In this document: in pieces, positions 39,461 to 50,086 of the stretch
How positions within the stretch are numbered: the stretch's first letter is position 1
How the letters are laid out: each line of letters opens with the position of its first letter
NCBI GenBank assembly: GCA_030141605.1
Contig: JAQGDQ010000184.1
Coordinates: 1 to 64,000, forward strand
Length of the DNA stretch: 64,000 nucleotides
Direction: 5' to 3'
DNA from: Tubiluchus corallicola
Taxonomy: Eukaryota > Animalia > Priapulida
Translations under genes and position numbers: made by a program
Notes under the pieces: model-generated
Databases searched by the model: none
What the model was told of the DNA's origin: nothing
What the model saw: the letters and a program-made list of their open reading frames with translations, nothing else

Positions 39461-40798
39461 AGCACTATCTCATAAACTGTGTAAATAGAAAATGCCGAGG
39501 GTTGCAACCCTCGGCATTTTTTTGTTTAATTTTAAAACTTTAGACAGTAATGAAAAAAGAAGATTTATTAAATGATGATTTCCTTGAACAGTTTAATTCA
39601 GGGGAAGAGCTCAATGGTTTTTTACAAGAGCTCCAAAAACGAGGCATTGAAAAGATGCTTGAAGGAGAACTCGATGGTCATTTAGGCTATGATAAGAATC
39701 AAAAATCGGATAATCAGAATGCCCGCAATGGCTATTCAGAGAAGAGAGTCCGAACCACTCTGGGAGAATCCAACATTCAGGTTCCCCGAGACCGTGATGC
39801 TTCGTTTAATCCGATGATTGTACCCAAAGGAGGGAACATGGTCGATGGCTTAGAGAATATCATTGTTTCGTTTTATGCTAAAGGAATGAGTAATAGCGAT
39901 ATTGAAGAGCAAATTCGGGAGCTATACGGTTTTGAAGTTTCTACATCCACCATATCAAGGATTACCGATTCAGTCACCAACGACATTGTAGCGTGGCAGA
40001 ACCGACCTCTGGAAACTGTATACCTAATTGTTTGGATGGATGGCATTGTATTTAAAGTGCGGGAGAACTCTAAGGTCGTCAACAAAACCGTTTACATTGC
40101 CGTAGGACTTCGCAGAGATGGGAAAAAAGAGGTTCTTGGCTTATGGTTGGGCAAGAGTGAGTCCGCTGCCTTTTGGATGAACGTACTTACCGATATGAAA
40201 GCCCGTGGAGTTAACGATATTCTGATTACGGCAACAGATAACTTGAATGGCTTTACAGATACTATCCGAACTGTTTTCCCTGAATCTAAAACACAAATAT
40301 GTGTTGTTCATCAAATCCGTAACGCAAGCAGATACGTGGTTTGGAAAGATAAAAAGGCATTTACAAAAGATATGAAGCAAATCTATAATGCCCCTACAAA
40401 AGAGGCTGCAAAAGCAGCTTTAGAAGATTTTGCATCAGCTTGGGAGGATAAATACTCTTACGCAATTAAAAGCTGGCGAGACAACTGGGAAGACCTAACA
40501 GTATTCTTTGAGTTTCCGCTGGAAATCAGAAAGATAATTTATACAACCAACCTGATTGAGAATCTCAACGGAAAAATCAGAAAATACACAAAAAACAAAC
40601 TTTCATTCCCGTCAGACCAGGCTGTAATGAAATCTGTATTTTTGGCAACCAGAGAAGCAACTAAAAAATGGTCAATGCCAATCAGAAACTGGGGCATTGT
40701 CTTGAATCAGTTCTTAGTTATATTTGAAAAAAGGGTCCAGCTATAAACAGCCAAACCCTCGGTGTTTTTTTAGTTTACACACTTTGTGAAACAGTGTC
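39461..40798 (+). mobile_element. Complete IS256-family insertion sequence
   Basis: Imperfect terminal IRs (AGCACTATCTCATAAACTGTGTAAAT; reverse complement of right end GACACTGTTTCACAAAGTGTGTAAAC) and an 8-bp target duplication TTTCTTTA at 39453-39460 and 40799-40806. Confidence 0.93.
39550..40746 (+). CDS. IS256-family (Mutator-like) DDE transposase
   Basis: [36 protein letters not shown] and [10 protein letters not shown] motifs; intact 398 aa. Confidence 0.96.
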   Translation: MKKEDLLNDDFLEQFNSGEELNGFLQELQKRGIEKMLEGELDGHLGYDKNQKSDNQNARNGYSEKRVRTTLGESNIQVPRDRDASFNPMIVPKGGNMVDGLENIIVSFYAKGMSNSDIEEQIRELYGFEVSTSTISRITDSVTNDIVAWQNRPLETVYLIVWMDGIVFKVRENSKVVNKTVYIAVGLRRDGKKEVLGLWLGKSESAAFWMNVLTDMKARGVNDILITATDNLNGFTDTIRTVFPESKTQICVVHQIRNASRYVVWKDKKAFTKDMKQIYNAPTKEAAKAALEDFASAWEDKYSYAIKSWRDNWEDLTVFFEFPLEIRKIIYTTNLIENLNGKIRKYTKNKLSFPSDQAVMKSVFLATREATKKWSMPIRNWGIVLNQFLVIFEKRVQL

Positions 40799-40912
40799 TT
40801 TCTTTACTCATAATAAGATTAAAAAGTTCATTGTTTACTCTATCCAAGCTTTTCAGCTCTTGCTGTTTTTTATAACACTACATTCTAGTTATAATATTAG
40901 GTCTTTTTCTAG

Positions 40913-43309
40913 CTATTGTCTTTGCAACTCATCCTGATTACTTTTCTCATTGCCTTTTACTGAAAAACTTTTACCCCAATCAAAATTGTACTTAAATGAT
41001 ATACCTACCCTACGGGTGTCTCTTTCAGCATAAATATAATTATACTGTCCCAGATAATCTTCAGAATGTTCCCATCTACCACCTCTGTATAAAATGTCAT
41101 TTGCAAATATTCTTAGATTGGCTTTGTTCTTCCAAAAGCTCTTTTGAATAGAGAGGTTTAAAAAAAACATAGAAGTCTCCATAGTCGTATATGTATATGT
41201 TACATCTTTTGACCTAAAAGCTATATTCATTTCAAATCTAAAATCTTTGGGTAAGAGAAAATAATGATTGGAAGAAATAAAGACAACGGGGAATTGGACT
41301 GCATAATCTATTTTTTCTTCTTCAAAAAGATTGTAACTAAACGACACATAATTGTCTGTCGTCCACCATTTATAAATTTTAAAGGGAGTAAAAATATCGA
41401 AAGTTAAAAATTGTGATTTGGCTAAATTGTTAAAAGTCCTTGTAGCAATATCTGTTTCAGGGTCTCTATAGTAAAATTCTCCTATTATATCATCTCTATG
41501 TGTATATTTGAAGGTAAAATAATGTTTGCCTTTGAGTGCATAGTTTAGTTCTATATTTTGAGAATAAGAGGGAATAATATTAGGATTCCCCTTTCCTATA
41601 GTGTATTCACCATAAAAATATTCAAAGGGATTCATCCACTCGTAAGATGGTCTCCGTATTCTTCTGTTGTAGTTAATGATAATCTTGTCTTCTTCAAAAA
41701 TGGGATGTGAGAAAAATACCGTAGGAAATAACTCTGTGTAGGTATTACTGGTAGTAGAATCTAAGGTATGAGAATAGGTGTCAAACTGGGTATGCTCTAC
41801 ACGAAGCCCAAATGAATACTCCAACTTCTTCCATTTAGACTCGAAAGTTGCATAGCCTGCATAAATATTTTCAGTATAGCTAAACTTATCTGTTCTTCCA
41901 GTATCAACTACCCACTCATCGCCCTCCAAGAAAAAGAACCTATTGTTTGTAATAGAGACTACATCGCTAAACTTCAAACCTGTTTCCAATTTTGTGTTAT
42001 TGTTGAAGGGATGAATGTAGTCTACACGAACTGTATAAATATCTAATTCATTACTATTAGTACTTTGCCTATTAATAGAATACACTATATCATATAGATT
42101 GTCACCACTGTAATAGTCACTATTGTAGTCATCTTCTATTTCTTGAGAGTAGGTATAATAATCTGTAATCAATTTAAACTTCCTACCCTTGTCATCTATA
42201 TCCCATATGTAATTGAAATTAACCCCTAAATTGTTTGAAGCGTTTACTTTGGGGAAATCTCCTAGAATAAGGGTATCTAAAACCTCACCCGTATAAATTT
42301 CTGTGTTGGTATAAGCCTTTTTGGTATCACTCCTTGAGGTATTGCCATCTACTTCTAACCCTATGTTGTGTCTATTCCCAATAATATAATCCAAACCGCC
42401 TCTTACAGTATGAGAATTATTATAAAGATAGTGTTTGATATAATCAAAAAAAGTAGTTTCACTATTTTCCTGTGTATAGAGCATCTCATAGTATTCATAA
42501 GGCTCAGTGTAATGATAAGCATAATTTGCATATAGGGTGAGATTGTTCTTGTTGTAGTTCAAGCCTATATTACCATCAGCAGCAGGAGCTATACCCTTGC
42601 TGTATCCTGCATTCACATAACCATTAGTGCCTCTTTTAGCTCCTTTCTTTAAGTTGATTACTATAATACCTCCTGAGCCTTCTGCATCCATATCTGCCTT
42701 GGGGCTAGGTAGTACCTCTATGCTTTCTATATCTTCACTATTGAGACTTAGCAAGTAACTTTGTAATTGTTTACCACTCAATCGCAGTTGCCTATCATTC
42801 ACAAATACTGTAACATCCTGTCTGTTGAGTAATATGTTACCATCTAAATCTACTGTTACGCCAGGTGCAAATTTCAGTAAATCTAAAGTCGTCCTACCAC
42901 CTACATAAGTACCACTTAAAGAAACTACATATCTATCTATCTTACGCTCTACTGTAGGTTTTAATGCCTTTACTACTACTTCTTCTATGGCTGTAGATTG
43001 TTGTTGTAACCTAATATTATCTAACTGGGCATCTGATTTTATAGTAATATTACTTACGTGTTGTTCATACCCCAAATAATAGGCATAAAACAAATACTCA
43101 CCTGCTGGAATATCCTCAAAAAGGAACTCTCCGTTGTCCCCCGAAATCCCTCCTTTGAAAAAAACACTATCAAGGGTTAGTATTTGCAGATTGGCATAGG
43201 GCAAAACATTGCTATTACCATCTAATATTGTGCCTTCTACCTTAAAGTTTTGGGATTGAACGGTCTCTACAACTAAAATAAAAATAATAAATAATTGATA
43301 ACATCTCAT
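40913..43309 (-). CDS. TonB-dependent-receptor-like outer-membrane beta-barrel protein with CarboxypepD_reg-like and plug domains
   Basis: Signal peptide, EEVVVKA, LLKFAPGVTVD, DAEGSGGIIVINLKK, RRPSY...NP, GNPNI and ISFKYNF motifs. Confidence 0.85.
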   Translation of the reverse strand: MRCYQLFIIFILVVETVQSQNFKVEGTILDGNSNVLPYANLQILTLDSVFFKGGISGDNGEFLFEDIPAGEYLFYAYYLGYEQHVSNITIKSDAQLDNIRLQQQSTAIEEVVVKALKPTVERKIDRYVVSLSGTYVGGRTTLDLLKFAPGVTVDLDGNILLNRQDVTVFVNDRQLRLSGKQLQSYLLSLNSEDIESIEVLPSPKADMDAEGSGGIIVINLKKGAKRGTNGYVNAGYSKGIAPAADGNIGLNYNKNNLTLYANYAYHYTEPYEYYEMLYTQENSETTFFDYIKHYLYNNSHTVRGGLDYIIGNRHNIGLEVDGNTSRSDTKKAYTNTEIYTGEVLDTLILGDFPKVNASNNLGVNFNYIWDIDDKGRKFKLITDYYTYSQEIEDDYNSDYYSGDNLYDIVYSINRQSTNSNELDIYTVRVDYIHPFNNNTKLETGLKFSDVVSITNNRFFFLEGDEWVVDTGRTDKFSYTENIYAGYATFESKWKKLEYSFGLRVEHTQFDTYSHTLDSTTSNTYTELFPTVFFSHPIFEEDKIIINYNRRIRRPSYEWMNPFEYFYGEYTIGKGNPNIIPSYSQNIELNYALKGKHYFTFKYTHRDDIIGEFYYRDPETDIATRTFNNLAKSQFLTFDIFTPFKIYKWWTTDNYVSFSYNLFEEEKIDYAVQFPVVFISSNHYFLLPKDFRFEMNIAFRSKDVTYTYTTMETSMFFLNLSIQKSFWKNKANLRIFANDILYRGGRWEHSEDYLGQYNYIYAERDTRRVGISFKYNFDWGKSFSVKGNEKSNQDELQRQ

Positions 43310-43330
43310 AATTTTTGTTCATTTAGTTGT

Positions 43331-43474
43331 TTATTTTTTTGCATCCCAAAAAACATATTTCCAATCAGGATGTTTTTTCTGCCAAGATTTTCCTAATAAT
43401 TTACAAAACTCAGGCAGAGGCTCTTCCTTGCCTTCCCATACTTGATGAATAATTCTCGGTATTCTTAATGACAT
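43331..43474 (-). pseudogene. N-terminal remnant of a GT32/OCH1-like (DXD) glycosyltransferase
   Basis: My translation: MSLRIPRIIHQVWEGKEEPLPEFCKLLGKSWQKKHPDWKYVFWDAKK*. It shows the IPxIIHQxW and W...HPDWxY..W pattern, then stops at 47 aa. Confidence 0.75.
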
Positions 43475-43548
43475 AGGTTTTAAAAATTCAAATTAAAGTT
43501 TAAAATTTATTACTTCTATTTTTTTATTCATTTACTTGGGGAATCCAT

Positions 43549-44025
43549 TTACGTTCTTTTATATATTTCTTGGGGTATATATGTGCATTGTTGAAATATA
43601 TCTTCTGCAAACTCACGATTGTATGAATAATCGATTTCTAAATGTTGAGCTACTAAGTTGGCGTTTTCTATATTTTTGCCTAAAGAGTCCCATATATATA
43701 CATCGCTATCTATATGTAAAAAAGGCTCTTTTTGAATATTGTAAGTATATACTTTGCCAATTGCCCATAGCGAAGAGTGGTAATGATTAAGTTTATCTAG
43801 CTCTATTTTTACAGATGAGTAAGGTAGTTGAATTTTATTACAAAGTATTTCATATTCTAATTTATCAGTGACTAACTCTATTTGAGGATAAAATTCTTTG
43901 AATTTCAGGCAGCTCAATGCCCAGCTCATATAATAATAAGCTCTATGTGGCCAGCCTCCTACGGATTGTTGCGTTTCTTTTTTCTCATAAATAGGTTTTG
44001 ACCAAAAACTGTGGAGTATTTTCAT
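43549..44025 (-). pseudogene. Probably truncated DUF6734-like protein
   Basis: MKILHSFWSKP...GGW...MSWALSCL...ELVTD...WAIGK...PFLHIDSDVYIW; ends at 158 aa, shorter than I recall for this family. Confidence 0.65.
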
Positions 44026-44085
44026 AGTTTTAAGTTAGTCAAGGTTAGATTTAAAAATCAGGTAATAAATGTAAGTAGTATTTTT

Positions 44086-44268
44086 TTAAGTGCAAACAAA
44101 ATAATTAGCTTTTAGGTTTAAAAACTTTCTTCTGGTCGGATACTTTTTCTTCAACTGGTTTAGTTTATCTATGACTTCTGTATTTATCATGCACATGCTG
44201 GTTCTGGGGTAATACCACATAGAAGCGTTGCAAATCAACAATACGGCAAGCTTATACAAGGAGTACAC
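44086..44268 (-). pseudogene. Possible C-terminal fragment of a decayed gene
   Basis: Short ORF (WYYPRTSMCMINTEVIDKLNQLKKKYP) in the same orientation as neighbouring fragments; family not identified. Confidence 0.3.
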
Positions 44269-44630
44269 ATTAATGGAACTGAGCGTTTTGGCGTTTTACA
44301 AAAAGGCGTCTTGCAAAACTTAATGATACTAAAAAGTACTTTCATTTACATTTAAAGGAATGTGAATGGAGGTGGGGAAAAACAAAAAACAGATAGAGAA
44401 TGAGTTATGGAAATTGTTACTGAAATATTGATAATTCTACGAATGTTTCCCAACACCTAAGAGACTTATCATAATTATTATTAGGACTTTTTAATGGAAT
44501 TTTTTAGACTTGAGTCTGGTGTATTATTGCTTGTATATTTTTTTCATTTTGGTTGGTTAGTAAAATAGTGGGCTTAACAGTTTATTTTTTTACTAACTTT
44601 ATCAGGTATTGGTTCTTTATTTTAAAAGAG

Positions 44631-45503
44631 ATGCCTTCGAAGAAAAAACATGCTATTATTATTGTTAATCCTTGCTCCGGGAGCAGGCGGGGGAAGCAGG
44701 TTGCAAATAAGGTAGTGAGGGAGCTATCATCGCACTACGATATAGAGACCTATATAACACAAGAGTCTCATAAAACATCGGATTATGTAAAAAACCGATT
44801 AAGCGATGTCGATGGGGTGTTTGTTGTTGGAGGGGATGGTACTATAAATGATGTTTTGCAAAGCATAGCCGGTTCTCATGTTCCTATGGGAGTTTTCCCT
44901 TCCGGATCGGGAAATGCTGCGGCATTTGAAATGGGTATCCGCACTGTCCATACTGGAATAAGGAATATCCTCAGCCAAAAGGTGAGAAGTATAGATTGTG
45001 GCAAGCTAAATGGCAGATACTTTATCAATGTAGCAGGTATTGGTTTTGACAGTAGTGTTGCAAGCGATTTTCAAACCCGAAAATATAGGGGTCTTATAGG
45101 TTATTTACTGGCAAGCTGGAAGCAGATACCAAGCTATCGTCCCGTAAGTCTTACATTTAACACTAAGGGTAAGGTGTGGAAGGAGAAGGTATTTATGGCG
45201 AGTATAGCTAATGTGAGACAGATAGGGAATGATGCTTTAATAGCACCTATGGCCAGACCTAATGATGGTGTGTTAGATTTATGTATTCTAAGGCCTTTCC
45301 CTCATTTTCTTTTACCAGACATGGGGCTTAAACTATTTCTGGGAAAATTGGAAGCAAGTTCGTACTACAGCCATAACCGTTTTAAGAAGCTTAGAGTTGA
45401 AGGTAACTTCAAGCATGTGCATCTTGATGGTGAGTTGGTTAGTGCAAATGGAGTAATAGAGGTTTCAGTTGTTCCCGATAGTGTAAAAATATTTGGAGCA
45501 TAA
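44631..45503 (+). CDS. Diacylglycerol/lipid kinase family protein (YegS/BmrU-like)
   Basis: IVNPCSG, VGGDGTINDV, PSGSGNA, NVAGIGFD and DGE motifs; ATG 44631 chosen as start. Confidence 0.9.
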   Translation: MPSKKKHAIIIVNPCSGSRRGKQVANKVVRELSSHYDIETYITQESHKTSDYVKNRLSDVDGVFVVGGDGTINDVLQSIAGSHVPMGVFPSGSGNAAAFEMGIRTVHTGIRNILSQKVRSIDCGKLNGRYFINVAGIGFDSSVASDFQTRKYRGLIGYLLASWKQIPSYRPVSLTFNTKGKVWKEKVFMASIANVRQIGNDALIAPMARPNDGVLDLCILRPFPHFLLPDMGLKLFLGKLEASSYYSHNRFKKLRVEGNFKHVHLDGELVSANGVIEVSVVPDSVKIFGA

Positions 45504-45652
45504 TTTTTTTCACTCTTTTCTCTAAGCCAAGATCTTCGTATTGGCAAAGGTTTCGATGCTTATAGCAAAATATAGGATTCATTGCTTTTGCAGTGATACT
45601 TCCGGGAAAAATGCATAGGCAGAAAAGGCAAACACCGAAATGTGTTGAAAAA

Positions 45653-45685
45653 ATTAGTGTTCAAAGATATCCTTTGAACACTAAT
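45653..45685. terminator. Hairpin between the convergent lipid kinase and ppdK genes
   Basis: ATTAGTGTTCAAAG-atatc-CTTTGAACACTAAT, a perfect 14-bp stem. Confidence 0.65.
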
Positions 45686-45776
45686 GAGGATGTTGCTATT
45701 TTAATCCAATTAATTCTATAGCACTATTTTAGGGGGTGGGCATTTTTTGGTACTTCTAAATGTTCTCCCCCAAAAG

Positions 45777-48521
45777 CTAACTACATTTTTCGCACTCTAC
45801 AAGGTGTGGGCTTTTCTGTTTTTCAATATTTGCCTGCGATGCAGCCAGTCGCGCTATGGGGACTCTGTATGGAGAGCAGCTCACATAGTCAAGCTCTATC
45901 TTGTCGAAAAATTTTACAGATGTCGGTTCTCCTCCATGCTCACCACATATACCAACTTTTAACCGCTTGTTTGCTTCTCTTCCTTTTTCCGTAGCCATTT
46001 TCACAAGCAGCCCTACTCCGTTTTGATCCAGTACCTGGAATGGGTCATCCTGTAAAATACCTTTATCCAGATAGACAGGGAGGAACTTCCCGGCATCGTC
46101 TCTGGAGTAGCCCAGTGCCATCTGGGTAAGATCGTTGGTGCCGAAGGAGAAGAATTCTGCAGCTTTGGCAATGCTTTCTGCCCTAAGTGCAGCACGAGGT
46201 ACCTCTATCATTGTACCTACTTTATAATTAACGGAGGAGCCTTTCTCTTCAAAAACCTTTTTGGCAGTTTTATGTATTATATCTGCCTGCAATTCCAGTT
46301 CCTTAACGGTACCTATAAGCGGAACCATAATCTCGGGCTTTACATTAATGCCCTTTATTTTAAGATTTACTGCCGCTTCAATAATAGCGCGTGCCTGCAT
46401 TTCTGTTATCTCGGGATATGTGTTGCCAAGGCGACATCCACGATGTCCAAGCATTGGGTTAAACTCTTCCAAGTCGGCTACTTTAGTACGTACAACCTCT
46501 ATAGACACCCCCATCTCTTCAGCCAGTTCTTTCTGGGTTGCCTGCTGATGAGGGACAAATTCATGGAGTGGAGGGTCGAGTAGCCTGATTGTAACCCCAA
46601 ATCCTTCCATAGCCTCAAATATACCCTCAAAGTCATTACGCTGATATGGTAGCAGTTTAGCAAGAGCTTTCTTGCGTCCTTCAGAGTCTGCTGAAAGAAT
46701 CATCTCTCTCATTGCCTTAATTCTGTCTCCTTCAAAAAACATATGCTCTGTACGACAGAGCCCAATACCTTGTGCTCCAAAATCTTTGGCAATTTTAGCA
46801 TCAGCAGGGGTGTCGGCATTTGTTCTGACATGCATTCTGGCATATTTATCAGACATCTCCATTATAGCTCGAAAATCCCCGCTCAGATCAGGTTTTTGCG
46901 TTTTTACTTTTCCATTATAAATCTCTCCTGTTGTCCCATTCAGAGATATCCACGCCCCTTCTTTGAATACTTTACCATCAACTTCCAAGCAGCGTTTTTT
47001 ATAGTCAATTCTAATGCTACCTGCTCCGGACACACAACATTTGCCCATTCCACGTGCCACAACGGCTGCGTGGGAGGTCATACCTCCACGAGCTGTAAGA
47101 ATACCTTTTGCAATATGCATGCCTTCAAGGTCTTCCGGAGAAGTTTCGATTCTTACTAAAATGGAGTTCTCAAATTTGCTGGCTTCGTCTGCAAAAAATA
47201 CAATTTGCCCGGTGGCTGCTCCCGGTGAGGCAGGGAGCCCCTTAGCTAAAACATCTGCATCGTTTAGCGCGCTGTTGTCAAATACAGGGTGTAACAGTTC
47301 ATCTAGCTTGTTTGGTTCAATTCGCAGCAGAGCCTCCTTCTCATCTATTTTTCCTTCTTTCAGCATATCAACAGCAATTTTTACCATAGCTGCGCCTGTG
47401 CGTTTTCCTCCTCGTGTCTGAAGTATCCACAGCTTGCCATCCTGTATGGTAAATTCCAGGTCCTGCATATCGGCATAGTGGTCTTCGAGTTTCTGCTGTA
47501 TTTCGTTTAGCTCCTCGTAAGCTCTGGGCATAGCCTCTTCCAGTGAAGGGAACACTGAGACACGCTCCTTTTCATCTACACCCTGAAGCTTGGCCCATCT
47601 GCGAGACCCTTCTAAAGTGATTTCCTGGGGTGTGCGCGTACCTGCAACAACATCTTCGCCTTGTGCGTTGATAAGATACTCGCCATTAAAAATATTTTCA
47701 CCTGTTGCTGCATCACGTGTAAATGCAACTCCGGTTGCAGAGTTGTTGCCCATGTTACCAAACACCATTGCCTGAACATTTACGGCAGTGCCCCACTCCT
47801 CGGGAATTGAATTAAGCCTTCTGTATAGTTTTGCTCTGTCATTCATCCAACTGTCAAAGACAGCGCTTACAGAGCCCCAAAGCTGCTCCCACGGATCAAT
47901 AGGGAAACTCTTGCCTGTGTTTTTCAGTACGGCCTCTTTGAAGCGGGATACCAGCATTTTTAAGTCGTCAGTAGTAAAGTCGGCATCGTCATGGATGCCT
48001 TTATCTTCTTTCATGGACTCTATAATTTCTTCAAAAGGGTCAATGTCTTCTTTGTTTTGAGGTTTCAATCCCAAAACAACATCCCCATACATCTGGATAA
48101 ATCTTCGGTATGAGTCCCACGCAAACCTGGAGTTGCCCGATTTTTGAGATATTCCTTCAACAGAAGCATCGTTGAGCCCCAAGTTAAGTACCGTATCCAT
48201 CATGCCAGGCATAGAAGCTCTTGACCCTGAGCGCACTGAAAGCAGACATGGGTTATCCTTATCGCCAAATTTTGTCCCTGTAAGTTTTTCAATTTCGACT
48301 ACCGCATTTCTTACCTCTTTGTCTATCAGGTTGAGTGCGTCCTGCTTTCCCTGTTTGTTATATACAGTACACACATCTGTTGTTATGGTAAAACCGGGTG
48401 GGACAGGAACGCCTATAAGGTTCATTTCTGCAAGGTTTGCTCCTTTACCTCCCAATAAGTTACGCATGTTTGCATGCCCGTCTGCACGCCCGTTTCCAAA
48501 AGTATATACATGTTTAGTCAT
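45777..48521 (-). CDS. ppdK: Pyruvate, phosphate dikinase
   Basis: LLGGKGANLAEM, SMPGMMDT, phospho-His motif GGMTSHAAVVARG, GLCRTEHMF and FSFGTNDL. Confidence 0.98.
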   Translation of the reverse strand: MTKHVYTFGNGRADGHANMRNLLGGKGANLAEMNLIGVPVPPGFTITTDVCTVYNKQGKQDALNLIDKEVRNAVVEIEKLTGTKFGDKDNPCLLSVRSGSRASMPGMMDTVLNLGLNDASVEGISQKSGNSRFAWDSYRRFIQMYGDVVLGLKPQNKEDIDPFEEIIESMKEDKGIHDDADFTTDDLKMLVSRFKEAVLKNTGKSFPIDPWEQLWGSVSAVFDSWMNDRAKLYRRLNSIPEEWGTAVNVQAMVFGNMGNNSATGVAFTRDAATGENIFNGEYLINAQGEDVVAGTRTPQEITLEGSRRWAKLQGVDEKERVSVFPSLEEAMPRAYEELNEIQQKLEDHYADMQDLEFTIQDGKLWILQTRGGKRTGAAMVKIAVDMLKEGKIDEKEALLRIEPNKLDELLHPVFDNSALNDADVLAKGLPASPGAATGQIVFFADEASKFENSILVRIETSPEDLEGMHIAKGILTARGGMTSHAAVVARGMGKCCVSGAGSIRIDYKKRCLEVDGKVFKEGAWISLNGTTGEIYNGKVKTQKPDLSGDFRAIMEMSDKYARMHVRTNADTPADAKIAKDFGAQGIGLCRTEHMFFEGDRIKAMREMILSADSEGRKKALAKLLPYQRNDFEGIFEAMEGFGVTIRLLDPPLHEFVPHQQATQKELAEEMGVSIEVVRTKVADLEEFNPMLGHRGCRLGNTYPEITEMQARAIIEAAVNLKIKGINVKPEIMVPLIGTVKELELQADIIHKTAKKVFEEKGSSVNYKVGTMIEVPRAALRAESIAKAAEFFSFGTNDLTQMALGYSRDDAGKFLPVYLDKGILQDDPFQVLDQNGVGLLVKMATEKGREANKRLKVGICGEHGGEPTSVKFFDKIELDYVSCSPYRVPIARLAASQANIEKQKSPHLVECEKCS

Positions 48522-48702
48522 GGCTTATATTTTATTTAAATTAAAGTATGTGATGCATGTTGTGAAGTCTTTGCAAAACTCATCTTTTTTTATATCAGAT
48601 AATAAGATGGGCTTTCATCGAAATTTTCCCTCAGTCTGAGCTCAAGTGCTTAGCCTGCAAGAGTCTCTTTATATCTAAAAATATGTTTTTTTTAAATATA
48701 TT

Positions 48703-49524
48703 TTATTGTTTTCCACAGTCTAGTACCTGAGTTCTTGTATTTTCTCTCTCTATATCCTTAAAGTATTTATATGTTCCTACTTTCAATTCACTTGTAGCCA
48801 TTTCATCACATACGATAATTCCCTTTCTGTGCATTTGCAGCGCGGTTATTGTCCACATGTGACTGATATGTCCCTCAACAGCTTCACGTAACGCACGGGC
48901 CTTGTTGTGCCCGGTAATCAGTACTAGTACCTCTTTGGCTCCCATTACTGTGCCAACTCCAACAGTAAGAGCGAATTTGGGCACTTTGCTTTCATCATTA
49001 CCAAAAAAGCGTGAATTGGCAACGATGGTATCATCGTTCAGTCTTTTCTTACGGGTACGGGAAGACAAGCTGGATCCTGGCTCATTAAAAGCAATATGCC
49101 CATCTGATCCCACGCCTCCTATGAAAAGGTCTATACCCCCTACTGATTCTATCTTTTCTTCATATTCCGCACACTCTCTGTCCAGATCGGTGGCGTTACC
49201 ATCAAGGATATTTACATTCTCTTCTAGTATGTCAATATGTTTGAAAAGGTTATTCCACATAAATGAGTGGTAACTTTCAGGATGCTCTTTAGGGAGATTG
49301 ACATATTCATCCATATTGAAGGTTACCACATTTTTGAAAGATACTTTACCTTCTTTATAAAGTGAAATTAACTCTTTATATGTGTTGAGGGGCGTACTTC
49401 CTGTAGGTAGCCCAAGCACAAAAGGGTTATTACCTGTAATGTTTGCACTGTTAATCCTTTTTGCAATATAGTGGGCAGACCATTTTGCCACTGTCTCTCT
49501 GTTTTCTTTTATAACTAGTCTCAT
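48703..49524 (-). CDS. nagB: Glucosamine-6-phosphate deaminase
   Basis: [27 protein letters not shown] and ALTVGVGT motifs. Confidence 0.97.
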   Translation of the reverse strand: MRLVIKENRETVAKWSAHYIAKRINSANITGNNPFVLGLPTGSTPLNTYKELISLYKEGKVSFKNVVTFNMDEYVNLPKEHPESYHSFMWNNLFKHIDILEENVNILDGNATDLDRECAEYEEKIESVGGIDLFIGGVGSDGHIAFNEPGSSLSSRTRKKRLNDDTIVANSRFFGNDESKVPKFALTVGVGTVMGAKEVLVLITGHNKARALREAVEGHISHMWTITALQMHRKGIIVCDEMATSELKVGTYKYFKDIERENTRTQVLDCGKQ

Positions 49525-50086
49525 CTGATCAAGAGATTTTAGTAGTTTTTAAAGTCCAAATATCTAAAAAAAAAATGAACCTGCCCCGGTATAGTTGCAT
49601 GAAATTATACAGGATGTTTTTAAGTAATCGTTTTTGCCAAGGTCAGGGTTTAATTAAAATTGCATGAGCTGTGTTTTTTCTTGCTACCAGGATTGCATTT
49701 TTGCAGTTCAAAGTTATCAAAAGCCTATTTTAAATGTGAGCTCGATAGCGTATATGCCTGTTACGCATAGGCAGAGTGGTACAGTTAGAGTTAATTTAAA
49801 ATTTTTATTAAGTTTGCCGACTTATAGGAAGGCAGATAGGCTAAGTGCAGCTCTTTATAGGGTGAGATAGGTTGTTAGTGGCTGGCGGAAGAGAGGTGAG
49901 AAGAGAGCTTTCGGTGTAGTTAGGGGGGTGTTGTGAGGTGTAGAGGTAAGCTGGGATTGCGAAAGAGCTTTAGTGGTGGTTTCCGGAAGAGTGTTTGTGG
50001 GGTTGAGGTGTGAATTGAGTATTAGGAGTTATATATGATATTAAAAGCAGCTGGTGTTGTGGTGTTTACGAAATTATGGAGGTGTG

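Noticed and set aside
39341-40912. Identifiable gene interrupted by IS256
   Set aside because: Rejoining the flanks at the target duplication gives only short, stop-interrupted frames that I cannot assign to a family.
45747-48639. Numerous plus-strand ORFs over ppdK, and similar shadows over korA, mnmG, the TonB genes and the kds genes
   Set aside because: They are antisense or alternate-frame ORFs overlapping well-supported genes and have no motifs of their own.
49560-50080. Riboswitch (cobalamin or TPP) upstream of the TonB-dependent receptor
   Set aside because: I could not find the B12-box or TPP core motifs; a covariance-model search would settle it.
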